Source of the DNA: Phoronis australis
Taxonomy: Eukaryota; Animalia; Phoronida
Direction of reading: 5' to 3'
Assembly (NCBI GenBank): GCA_002633005.1
Contig: NMRA01000189.1
Coordinates: 100,264-164,263, forward strand
Length of the DNA: 64,000 nt
Shown one piece after another: positions 50,906-62,326 of the stretch (position 1 is the stretch's first letter; every line of letters begins with the position of its first letter). Under the pieces are notes generated by a model. It had not been told where the DNA came from, did no database searches, and was given only the letters and a program-made list of their open reading frames with translations. The position numbers and the translations under genes are program-made.

Positions 50906-52727
50906 TTGATGTCTTATTAACAGTACATGAACTTTGAGTGGCCATAGATCTGTGCCCTGTACAAGAAACAAAATTTTGTTTTAGACCATTTACCGCGGCT
51001 ATAAAATGGATCCTAGTTGTTACTTACTGAGAGAAGTGAGTTCTGAATAGACGGTTGGTTATCTGCCAAGACCATGCTTGGTGAATGAAGTGACACGCCA
51101 TGATAAGCTGGCTCGTTGAGCTCTGTGTCGAGCACTAACAAACTGTTGGTTCTTTCAAAACCCTGACGTCACCTCAACTTTGACTAAGGAACAATGTGAG
51201 ATTAATTTTGTAACAGCAAATGTAATGGAAAGCAGTGTTATAGCCCCTTTAAAAACAGTTAAACCTAACCATTTTGTGAGGTTTGATTGCGGTAGAATTG
51301 CGATAGTTCGTGAAGATGTTGAGCAGGTAATTAACTTTCTACGAACTTGTAGTTGATGACTCGGGCGTTGCTACCCGCATCTTAGGGTCTTTTTCTTCGA
51401 GTGGATTACCTGCGCTTTGTTGACTCAGATTTTGAATGGGGTCACTTACCAAGGGTGAGCTGTAGACCTTGCTCTCGGTTCATGGTGAGCTGTCTTCATC
51501 AGGAACAGAGAGTCCACCATGAACCGAGACTTAGGTCTACAGCTCCCGCGGGTATATGACCCCATTCAAGATCTGGGTCAATAAATCGCTGGCAATCCTC
51601 ATGGAAAAGGTCCTTTAATGAGGGTAGAAGTGTAGAAAGTGACCTGCTCATAGTACAATTGTCTAACATTTCTGAGATGGAATATCACGTGAACAATACT
51701 CAGTAGTAGTTGACACAATAGTTATATTGTAAACATAAATACATAGTATTTTGTAATGCTGACAAAATGAAAAATAAAACATACTTCATTGATCATATAT
51801 ACATATTGTTGATAANTTGATGTCTTTATTAACAGTACATAAACTTTGAGTGGCCATAGATCTGTGCCCTGTACAAGAAACAAAATTTTGTTTTAGACCA
51901 TTTACCGCAGCTATAAAATGGATCTTAGTTGTTACTTACTGAGAGAAGTGAGTTCTGAATAGACGGTTGGTTATCTGCCAAGACCATGCTTGGTGCATGA
52001 AGTGACACGCCATGATAAGCTGGCTCGTTGAGCTCTGTGTCGAGCACTAACAAACTGTTGGTTCTTTCAAAACCCTGACGTTACCTCAACTTTGACTAAG
52101 GAACAATATGAGATTAATTTTGTAACAGCAAATGTAATGGAAAGCAGTGTTATAGCCCCTTTAAAAACAGTTAAACCTAACCATTTTGTGAGGTTTGATT
52201 GCGATAGAATTGCGATAGTTCGTGAAGATGTTGAGCAAGTAATTAACTTTCTACGAACTTGTAGTTGATGACTCGGGCGTTGCTACCCGCATCTTAGGGT
52301 CTTTTTCTTCGAGTGGATTACCTGCGCTTTGTTGACTCAGATTTTGAATGGGGTCACTTACCAGGGGTGAGCTGTAGACCTTGCTCTCGGTTCATGGTGA
52401 GCTGTCTTCATCAGGAACAGAGAGTCCACCATGAACCGAGACTTAGGTCTACAGCTCCCGCGGGTATATGACCCCATTCAAGATCTGGGTCAATAAATCG
52501 CTGGCAATCCTCATGGAAAAGGTCCTTTAATGAGGGTAGAAGTGTAGAAAGTGACCTGCTCATAGTACAATTGTCTAACATTTCTGAGATGGAATATCAC
52601 GTGAACAATACTCAGTAGTAGTTGACACAATAGTTATATTGTAAACATAAATACATAGTATTTTGTAATGCTGACAAAATGAAAAATAAAACATACTTCA
52701 TTGATCATATATACATATTGTTGATAA
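50906..52727. repeat. ~910-bp direct duplication either side of n51816; probable unmerged haplotypes
   Basis: 50906-51815 matches 51817-52727 with few substitutions. Confidence 0.9.
51320..51650 (+). repeat. long imperfect inverted repeat / fold-back (second copy 52232-52562)
   Basis: Arms gagctgtagacc...ctcggttcatggtg / caccatgaaccgag...ggtctacagctc and ttgactcagattttgaatggggtca / tgaccccattcaagatctgggtcaa. Confidence 0.85.
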
Positions 52728-53637
52728 ATATCATACAAGTTACCCGAAATCTCCTTGGTGATGGTTCCCATCGGCAACCAATCCATCAATTCCGTCCTTC
52801 ATGTAATACACAATTGTTAAGCTGAGGACAAATATGTAATATATTAACAGTATTCATTAATTATCACTTCATTATGCTGCTTCAACTAGATCTTAAGTAC
52901 TTAACCTAAGTTTGGGACGGCCACTAATATTAAAGAAATTTGGACTTGAGAATATTAATGAGGAAAAGATTTCTTGAGCTGTTTTAGATGATTTTACTGT
53001 ATCAAAGAACTGTCTGTCAATGTTATGGGTTCTACTGACAGAAGAACGATCATATGGCGCTATGTACATGTTTGACCTGTTATTAGTTCATAAGAAAGAC
53101 GACATTGCAGTGATTTTCATGATCAGCTAAATGGCATTGTGATGCAGGCCTTAAGAAGTAAGTAGGTGTATGTAGATTATATAGATTTTGAGGAAACTGG
53201 GGTGCATTCTGTCTTGCTAGGTATTCTTGGAACACTTGTGGACAGAAATCTTGTCCGCCTTATGTAATCAAAGTGGTGAGTTTCTTCCCCCACAATCCAA
53301 CATTGCAGCTTCGCCTAACAGAAAGTCAATTTGCTGAAGTGAATGCAAGTAATGTGGCAAGCATTGACTCACAGTTACATTTCACTTAATAGGTGACCAT
53401 GTGTGTTGCCACAATCTAGTCTTGAACCTCTCCCTCCCCTCCATGACAGTGTTATTACTGTATGTGATTTCATTTGTTTTATGCTCACTGAATGTCTCGA
53501 GTCCAAACATCTTTAACAACTATGTTAGTCTAAGTCTTCATCTTCATGCAATCCATTATGGACTGTGCACATGGAGATTGTATCTATAAGTACCAGACCA
53601 TCTAGGTCTGGGTTATTCACAGATCTATGTATATGTA

Positions 53638-54364
53638 CCGCAAACATTCGACTTAAGGCCCTGGACGTGGGGGGGGGTTGCTTAACAAAGAGATGGGCAA
53701 TTAAATTGCATTGAAGAAATTGGTGGTCGCATACCCAAATACGAGCAATTAACCCGAGCTCAGCCAGTCATGCATGACTTTTCACAGATTCGAAGACAAA
53801 GAATTCAGTACTGCAAGGTCAGATTGTCGTCGCAAAAGATGAATCGGCACTCTCTACCCGACATGCATATTCGAGTAGCTTAGTGCGCAACTTAAAATAG
53901 GAGAAAATACTCGTTGAAAAGTACCAACGACTTTTCTAGGACTGAACTGTCGTACGATTGTCATCAAAGTTGTTGAAGATGCAAAGTTTAGATGTATCTG
54001 AACAAAAACTCCTTCATTTCGTTCTCAGTCCAAACTTTGTAACTCAAACGAGCGAACAAACATCATGTCAAAAAACTTCCATGAGATGTTGCATACACTG
54101 TCCCATAATGTATTGACGCTTGGGAATAACGCAGTGGAAATTTCACAAATAAAATACTGTGACTTAAACTATTTAGTATTTGTTTTGCATGAAACAAAAC
54201 GACTCAAATTATTTTGACAGATTTTCGAGCAGTGGGCGGTTAACTGAAAATTCCCAAAAGTTTTTGGTGGGTGCATGGCTGAGCATTGGGTGCTTATTCT
54301 CAAAAAAACAAAAGTAGGGTGTAGTCACATATGTCAGCATGGGCGTTAACCCGCATGTCTACGG
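53638..54364. mobile_element. degenerate pogo-type MITE with TA TSD
   Basis: Imperfect TIRs ccgcaaacattcgacttaaggccc / gggcgttaacccgcatgtctacgg; interior resembles ~24270-24520. Confidence 0.55.
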
Positions 54365-56550
54365 TAATTCTCAATGCCAACTGAAATTGATTCAGGTTAT
54401 TGAAAACTTTCTCTTAAAGCTTAAATGTTTACTAAAATGCTACCAAAGGTCAAGTTTTGAGTAACAGTAAAATTATTCAAGTTGGGGTAGTTTCTTGAAG
54501 TTATGACACCAAAAAGTTGGTCTTTAAGGTACGACTTGTACATTTTTGGGAACCAGTTGTTTTCAAATTCTGGTTATTCTGTATTTTGTTACAAATTAGA
54601 AACACAAAATTAATTCAGTCGAAATTGGTAATGCCACGCCCACTTTCTAATTTCAGGTATCGGGAAAAAATTCCCAGTTTTTATTTTTCTATTTGAGACA
54701 GTTTACACCGCAAATTTCCGAAATTAGGGCGTATACGAGAAACGAGAAATTACAATGGTCTTTCCTCTGGGAATCAGTCCAACTGATATGTAACACAGCC
54801 TTTCAGTATGATAGTTGTTGATGGAGTAACCTTCATTTAGGGTCACTTGACTGCTGAAGGAGTTAAGTCAATACTGGTTACTCTGTTCATACTTGGACAG
54901 CAGTAAAATCTCATCAATTCCGGACAGTACTAATTGCGCAAAATTGGTTTCATTAAGTTTTTCAAAGGCTTTTAAGATTGTCACAAATGACCAAATTTTT
55001 CTCAAAACATTGTCTAGTGGTAGCTATGGTATTGATCAGGATTATTTGGTGCTATTTATCTTACATGAGAAAATAAATCAATTTTATTTATCTGCCGTTC
55101 AGTGTCCTGGTGACATTTTGCCTTATTAACTTTGACTCCTGTCGTTCATACATTTCAAGAACAATGTTCATGTTCAATATTTGAATATCTTTCTGATATC
55201 ATTTTGACTGCAAGCCAGGATATAACATTCTGCTGCATGTCAACATTACCAGGAGTCCATTTTATTAAAGGCCATATCACCGGCCTTAGTTAAGATGGTC
55301 AGAGGTATGTTATCTCATATTTTAAAAGAGTGAACACATTGCAACTGATGTAAACTTGAAAATTTTTCATTTTCACAGGCCACATTAGTGAACTGTTTGC
55401 AAATAAAAGTTACGATCGCCTTAGTTGAGACGGGACTGACGAGGTTTGTTAAAACAAACCCCCAAGTGGTCACTGCCTACACTACAACAAACTCACTATC
55501 ATCATTCTTTGCTCTACAGTAGAACAGTAAAAATTTCTCAGTTTGGGATAAAATAATTGCTAAAATTGCCATATTTCTATGTTTCAGAGGTTTACCAAAT
55601 GCTTAAAATTGCACCAAATGTGGTTTGCTAATAGCTACACCATACAAACCAGTAAGTTGCCCTAAAAACATATTTTTGTTGAGAAGTTTGACCAAATGAA
55701 ATTTCACCTGTCCGCCATATCGTTCCTTAAACTGAAGAATTTTTACCTCTATGTAACTGTTGCGTAAAATTTTGAGCAAATAAGAATATAATGTGTTCTC
55801 GTCCAGATGTACTGTTGCCACAGTACATGTCAAAAATAATTGGCAAAAATACTGTTTCCCTTACATGATGGGTAATAACCCGTCGTCCCCACGTTGCTGT
55901 GGATGTGTGAATTTGTGCTTATAGAATGCGTTGTCAAGGCAGCTCCTCCTGTTGGTCATAAAGCACATTTGGCAATCTTACCAATATGTTCATTAGTTGC
56001 ACTGACAGTAATATATACATAATCACGTCAGATCTTAACGTTTTTCAAAAGTTTCTATCGCTTGACGGCGCAAGACTCAGTATGTCTGTGCCCTCAGAAT
56101 GGCCACTCATATCCACTTTGTGGCACGGATTCTGTACAACCTCCAACTGGGTTCATTCCAGAGAGCTCAATGTTTTTTGCCACAATATTATGGTAGCGAA
56201 CGATATCCATCATCATAATTTTTAACAGAAATGCATTCTACACAGGAATTCTCACTTTCAGCTGATTGTCAGCTGATTTTTGTTTGTTACACGAAAAATG
56301 TGCACGTGACTAATTATTTTAGCTGTGATTTTCCTTAAATCTGCCCACGTACCGTGGTTGGAAATTTAAGGTGTTAGTTTCCTGGAAAAATATCGCTCTT
56401 ATCCTGCACATAACAGGAAAGTAGATGACGGATATTGACGCTTTCAACAAATAAATAATAAGTTCAAGCCAAAGCCAACTGCGGCACCATTCTCTCACCT
56501 CTGACCCCAAATCAGTGTGCAGTAGCATGGTTGGTTTATTGACTGACACC

Positions 56551-56841
56551 TCAATAGGTTTTCTCCCTTTTCCGTTTTGATTCCAACTTTCGCAGACGTT
56601 TGCGAGACGGCTTAGAGCGCAGCTTTCCCTTGGAATTTTTCAGTCCTAAAAAATTGTTCTCTTTCAAGCAAGCTTTGAATTTCTTGCCTCCCTTCCACCT
56701 GCATACCCCTTTTCTACGATAACAGACAGAGTGTGATGAGAAGCAGTCATTAGGGTGCTTGGACCATGTGTTCCAGTAACAACGATCAGCCTCCTGCTTC
56801 GAAGATTTCTTACACTCACTGTGCTGCTGGCAGCGGTAAAT
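56551..56841 (-). CDS. TIMP: TIMP terminal exon, Cys-rich C-domain plus basic tail
   Basis: ttcttccacgacag acceptor, phase 0; CYW, VC and CRW motifs of the TIMP C-domain; stop at 56551-56553. Confidence 0.9.
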   Translation of the reverse strand: MYRCQQHSECKKSSKQEADRCYWNTWSKHPNDCFSSHSVCYRRKGVCRWKGGKKFKACLKENNFLGLKNSKGKLRSKPSRKRLRKLESKRKREKTY

Positions 56842-57422
56842 CTGTCGTGGAAGAAACAAGATCATTGATCATTCTCTGGTCAATACCATTGTTATTTTTA
56901 TTGTGGACAGATGGCGGTTTAGACTGCAGTGAGTGGTACGATGGGAATTGGTTCAATTCATTATTTATCTTTTGGGTAAAATTGCGAATGTGTGTCCTTC
57001 CTGACTGAAATAGAATGAAGTGGATACAAAAAGGAATATCAGCAGTTCAGATATAGTAAAAACAGTTTCTCAGCATGATTACAAAATTATTTATTTGCTG
57101 GGCCTCCGTATTGTCGAAAAATAGTGTTTTATTTAGACAAATTGCCAGATTGTAAAATTGTTGTCAATTTGTTGCTTTAGGTCAGATTACATATGTTGAA
57201 CTTCTGGGCTTACTGACTGCATCTTAGTTAAGAAGCGGTCTTCACCCAAGCGGTCATTATGTGAACCTAAATAATACGCCAAATGTCAACTTACTCCATC
57301 CAGTGTTTCTTGTTTGCCAAGTCATACAAGTTGTAACAAGTTTCGAAAAACTTGATGAGACAAATGACACACAACTTATTTTTGAAGAACTTTTGAGTTT
57401 TTCATGTCTTAGGCATCTGAAA

Positions 57423-57528
57423 CACTTAAGTGGGGGAGGGCAGTAGTTTTCACTTAAGTGGGGGGAGGGCAGTAGTTTTCACGTAAGTGGGGGGAGGGCA
57501 GTAGTTTTCACTTAAGTGGGNTTTTCAC
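57423..57528. repeat. ~29-bp G-rich minisatellite, interrupted by n57521
   Basis: cacttaagtgggg(g)gagggcagtagtttt, at least 3 copies. Confidence 0.85.
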
Positions 57529-57851
57529 TGCAACACTCTAATCCCTAATCAAAAGAAGCTGGTCATCAAAGTCCAGTTGCTTCGCTAAGTTCGTATTATA
57601 GTCTGACTTGGCAAGCAGCTTGTAGTGGGGTTAATATCTCACCAATTTCAGACAAAATAATTAAAAACGTTTTTCACTTTTCAAAGACTTCTAACGTTGT
57701 TGTGAATGTCCACAATTTTCAAAATATTGTCTGTTGGTAGCTATGGTAACAGAACTTGAATATGTGATAAAGCATTATTTTGGTACTTTATGTCACTTAT
57801 GACAAATGAGGAAGTAAAATGTCATCAGTCGGCCATATTGTGTCCTAAATA

Positions 57852-58311
57852 AGTGAGATGTTACTGTTACTAACTTTGTAAGACTTGCCTGGCAGTGAGA
57901 CGTTACTGTTACTAACTTTGTAAGACTTGCCTGGCAGTGAGATGTTACTGTTACTAACTTTGTAAGACTTGCCTGGCAGTGAGATGTTACTGTTACTAAC
58001 TTTGTAAGACTTGCCTGGCAGTGAGACGTTACTGTTACTAACTTTGTAAGACTTGCCTGGCAGTGAGACGTTACTGTTACTAACTTTGTAAGACTTGCCT
58101 GGCAGTGAGACGTTACTGTTACTAACTTTGTAAGACTTGCCTGGCAGTGAGATGTTACTACCGTAACTTGTAAGACTTGCCTGGCAGTGAGATGTTACTG
58201 TTACTAACTTTGTAAGACTTGCCTGGCAGTGAGATGTTACTACCGTAACTTGTAAGACTTGCCTGGCAGTGAGATGTTACTGTTACTAACTTTTAAGACT
58301 TGCCTGGCAGT
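57852..58311. repeat. 42-bp minisatellite, 11 copies, overlapping the TIMP exon/intron junction
   Basis: Unit agtgagaYgttactgttactaactttgtaagacttgcctggc, with two 40-bp and one 41-bp variants. Confidence 0.96.
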
Positions 58312-58531
58312 CGCAATGCTTTTTGTACATCCCTTTTATTCCACGACGCTGAAAACTGGACACGTTCTTCCACTCGGCAATGAAGTTACAAATGGTGATG
58401 AACGGTTTCCCCTGGTGTAGGTTACCGGCGATCAAATAGTGGCGCCTCCTCTTCAAGTTGACACCGCAAGCTCGCTTCATGGGTATTGTGCTTATGTTCC
58501 AGTGGGTGATGTTTTCATATTCCGGTGGCAC
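58304..58531 (-). CDS. TIMP: TIMP internal exon, NTR-domain core
   Basis: ttcctgtag acceptor; ACGVNL, YLIAG, ICNF..W, QRRGI...Y...CDC; ends at non-canonical donor CAG|GCAAGT. Confidence 0.93.
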
Positions 58532-59381
58532 CTACAGGAAATAAGGCTGACTACTGGTAAATCATTTCACCTACCACAGTTCGAGTTTGTTGTTTTTTGA
58601 TGAGAGTGTATGGCGGAAATGTGTAGTCTGCAAAAAACAATTGTTGTCTGAAATAACATTTAGCTGAGTGTGTGTTCACATCACTACACCAATAGCCTGT
58701 CTTCATGTTTATGAAAGTGTTATCTTGATGTAAACAACTGTATTGGTTACTATGGGGATCCGATTCACAGCATTCACTCTTTTGCATTTAAATATCATTG
58801 CACTTGTTCACATGTTTTTTATCGAATAAATTATTTGAATTTATACTTGTTGGAGCTAGGACATGAGATTTTTTTAATTTAGGAGAGAACTTCATAAAAT
58901 GCCGCAGGCTTGGTAGAAACCTGAGCAATCTGCTTGTTTAACTCCCCGGCCATATCTGAAACATCCCTACACCACAATATTGAGGATACTCTACCATAGT
59001 ATATAACATGTTCATTGAAATATTCAACAGCAAGACTGGACAAGAAGTTCAATTCAGCTATAAACAAAGAAAAAATGCAGTTTGACTTAAATTAGTTCTC
59101 CCAACAAAAATGTATAGAATATACGGTAAAAAATTCTTTAATCAGATTGGGGCACAATATATCAGACAGGCGAACTATCATTTGGCAAACTATTCAACAA
59201 ATTAAAGTAACTTCATGAAATTTTGCTATGTTTTTTGCTGGTTTGTATGGTGTAGCTATTACCATGACAGCATTTGATAAAGTTTTGAGCATTCGCAACG
59301 ATGTGGTAAGCCTCTGAAAAACAGCAATCATTTTTGTCCCAAACTGAAGAATTTTTATAGTGTGTCTTGATGGTGCCTTAC

Positions 59382-59491
59382 CTTAAATTTTGTTTTGACT
59401 ATGACGTTGTACACTTTATTGGACGCAGATCGGTACCCTCGACCAAACTCTTGGTATATTAGCACTTTTCCAATAACTTTCACTTTGATAA
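59382..59491 (-). CDS. TIMP: TIMP internal exon ((V)IKVKVIGKVLIYQEFGRGYRSASNKVYNVIVKTKFK)
   Basis: ctccttgcag acceptor, AAG|gtaagg donor, phase 1/0; matches TIMP VIRAK...YxIK..K.FK. Confidence 0.9.
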
Positions 59492-59707
59492 CTGCAAGGA
59501 GTAAAGAAGATTATTTATCACCTGATGGCTGTTCATCGGATGCTTGGGAAACCCTGCACAATTTGTATTTTCTTTGTATTAAGACAGACTTCCACACAAA
59601 TCAGTGTTAATCAATCCTTTTCCTAATAATGCCCTTCCAACAAAGTTTCAAAGTGATCAAAATTGGCTGATTGGCAGTACACCAGCAAATTGGCAACCGC
59701 GCTTGAA

Positions 59708-59854
59708 CATGGGCAGCGCACCATAGGGGCTGGGGGGTGGGGGCTGTGGTCCCACTTTTTTCAGTGCTGTGCCGCCCATGGTCTATAGGCGGTGCACCAC
59801 AAGGGGGCTGGAGGCTTTAGCCCATCCACTTTTTTCAGTGCTGCGCCACCCATG
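59708..59854. mobile_element. tandem dimer of a tiny hAT-like MITE
   Basis: Two ~72-bp units, catgggcagcgcac...gctgtgccgcccatg and tataggcggtgcac...gctgcgccacccatg; TTGAA on both outer sides. Confidence 0.5.
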
Positions 59855-61058
59855 TTGAATGTCACAAAACTTCACTTTTTCTGCGGTTAGTGTATATTTC
59901 CTGTTGCGAAAAAGAATCTGCGACAAAGCCACTGGCTGCGTCTGCTGAAGCAGGTGAATTATTTTCGATCTCAGCAGGGACCTAAGGCTAACATAAATTA
60001 GTGAAATCAATTTAAAATGATCAAAAATAGGAGTGGCCGAAAATGGAATTTGTTCCTCTACTTTTGAATTAATGAACCACTTGTAGTAACTGAATTCCTG
60101 TGCATCAAATCTCAGTTGGGATCAAGTCACTTTCCTGCTCTCATTATTCTAGAGAGCACCAATATGAAAAGTGCCCTATTCTGCTGGAAACCTGGTGGAA
60201 TTTTTGAAAGTGATGTATTATAGTAATAGAAGTCTTCATGTTTCCATTGTCTCAGTGAACAAACGAGTTAATTATACATGGCCTGTAAAAATTTAATGGT
60301 TGGTCTTGGATGGCCCATCTGGCGCCTCAATAAGGCTTAGCTATTGGTGTGGCTATATTGACATGATGTAAATATCCAGAGGTGTTTTTTTTTGAGCTGA
60401 TGTTGAGCTTTTAACTGCTAGTGAAAATGGGTTACAAGGAATGCAGTCTAGTCATGAGGCAAGTTTTCAATTTTACAAACCCTGTATATGTCTCTTAGTT
60501 GCAGGTCACATAATTGGCCATGGTCTTGAGTAAACATTAGCTTAATGGTTAAAAGTCATCTGAAAATCAGGGCTTGTAAAAACATATTTAACAAATTAAA
60601 ATAGTCGAAATATGCATGTAAACAACTAGGCACAAACGCTTGTACGTCAGTAGACCCTGAGGCATGTGTACAAGTTATGCTGATTCTGCCTTAGGGTTTT
60701 CTTGTCTAATATTCTCATTGGCGTACTTCGGTCCACATCTTGAATGAGGCTATTCTTAAACAAAACAACCCATATTAATTTCCGATGTCCCTGTACTTAA
60801 AGAATCTGTGAGCTGGCGGCAAAACTTGATTGCGAAAATATCAGAAGTCAACGAGTCGTGTACTTTTCCTGAAGAGTTAAGAAGGAATTTGCACCGGGTG
60901 ACCCTTTCCACAAATATAAAACATCCTCTTCAGTGTTTTCGTAAGGTGACAGCAGACGCTGCCTGCTGTTTGTGATGTTATTAATGAGAGTGAAAGGTGT
61001 GTATTAAGAAGATTGCTTGCCTGACTTTGAAAACTTAAACTTGCCCTTTATTTGTTAA

Positions 61059-62326
61059 GGTTATGTAAGACCCTCAAAAATACCAAATTTGGCAAATTGC
61101 TGAGCGTTATATCTCAACATTAACTGTTCTGATTCAGATGAAACTTGCCCTGTGCTCCAAAATGCAGGAAGGTATTGTTTTAAAATGTTCCGCTTTTGCA
61201 TATGGAGCTATCAAAAATATGACTTATAGGAGTTTTGTGAAAGAATTTAAAACTTGCATGTAACAAAAGCGAAATTATAATTTAGAACACTGTAACAAGG
61301 TTTTAGGGATATCAACATCAACATCAACATTGAACAAAATTTGGTCTTCATACTGATACCGTTCATTTCATTTTTTAAATTTTACTACAAAACATGGTCA
61401 CATATTCCATTTAATGGTAGATTGGTAAAAAGGCAAACATGAAATTACATAGACTTTCTGCTTTCAGAAAATTCTTAGTTTTACTGAGTAAGCTTTGTAG
61501 ATATTTCACTGAGTTCACAAACGAAGTGATAAAATCTACCTGTACTACAAGCTGTAGCCTTTTGTAAAAACTAGAAGCAATTCTTATATATTTATTAAGG
61601 TACACAGAAAACTTTCTGGCAAACTCTTGATTCATGGCACTTACCATTTTGAAATTGGTCTCGGTTTATTCTTTGCATATAGGGGAAGAGATATCTGTGC
61701 CCTGTGAATAGCTGGTAGTTAGCTATTCTTTGACATTTGGTGTTTGGGCATAAAACAGCTCCTCGTCAAAATGACTCCCCGTCAAAATGACGCCTCGTCA
61801 TTGAAGGTATGTGGGACCTTATTAACAAGCCTTTGTTTTTAGCCAAATATCTTAAAAATTAAATTTTAGCTCATTAGTATATATCAAGTTTTCTAAAACT
61901 AGAAAACAGGTAGAATTTGATATTTACTTATCATCATTCTGTTGTAAATTGGGTCATGCGACTATGTGGTTTTGCTAAAATTTAGAAAAGAGGTGCATTG
62001 AGGGCTTTAGCAATGGTATCAACAGCATGATCAAATATGATATAGATGTTGAAGGACTGATCTCTCTTTGTTACAGTTTTCATAAATGCCATTTTATTTC
62101 ATTTTATGAAACTTGCATTTTTTCATGAAAATTATAAGTTCTGTTTTTTGATAGCCCCTCATGCCAACGTGAAATATTTTGAAATCAATTCCTAAAAGTA
62201 TTTTGGAGAATAGTGCATAACGCACCAGTATCCAAAAGTTTCATATGAATCGGTTTGGCCATTTCTGATGTATGATGTTCTGAAATTAGCCAACTGGGAC
62301 ATTTTTCTCTGGTGCTACATATAACT
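61059..62326. mobile_element. Kolobok-like non-autonomous element (TTAA-flanked)
   Basis: Degenerate long TIRs ttaa|ggttatgtaagacc... / ...ggtgctacatataact|ttaa; an internal segment near 62130-62170 matches ~14730 and ~50555 in reverse. Confidence 0.45.

Larger units (their letters stand above)
56551..59491 (-). other. TIMP: TIMP (tissue inhibitor of metalloproteinases) gene nested antisense in a synapsin intron; first exon (signal peptide, CxC...HPQ) not found in window
   Basis: Three exons splice to VIKVKV...FK-VPPE...RACGVNL...YLIAG...FITICNFIAEW...QRRGIKGMYKKHCDCQ-IYRC...C...CYW...C...VC...CRW. Confidence 0.95.

Noticed and set aside
51340-51515. Hammerhead cores (ttgatga on +, ctgatga on -) inside the long hairpin, suggesting a retrozyme or viroid-like RNA
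   Set aside because: Neither core is followed by stem II plus GAAA.
52738-52825. Minus-strand acceptor plus short open frame (LTIVYYMKDGIDGLVADGNHHQGDFG*) as a possible second nested-gene exon
   Set aside because: No TIMP or other recognisable motif, and no partner exons found.
55425-55480. Hammerhead-ribozyme-like CTGACGA followed by hairpin ggtttgtt-aa-aacaaacc
   Set aside because: The obligatory GAAA after stem II is absent (ccccaag) and stem I pairing is poor; at most a relic.
57852-58311. CRISPR-like appearance of the 33-42-bp arrays (also 1889-2152 and 26469-26780)
   Set aside because: Head-to-tail repeats with no unique spacers, no cas genes, eukaryotic intronic context.
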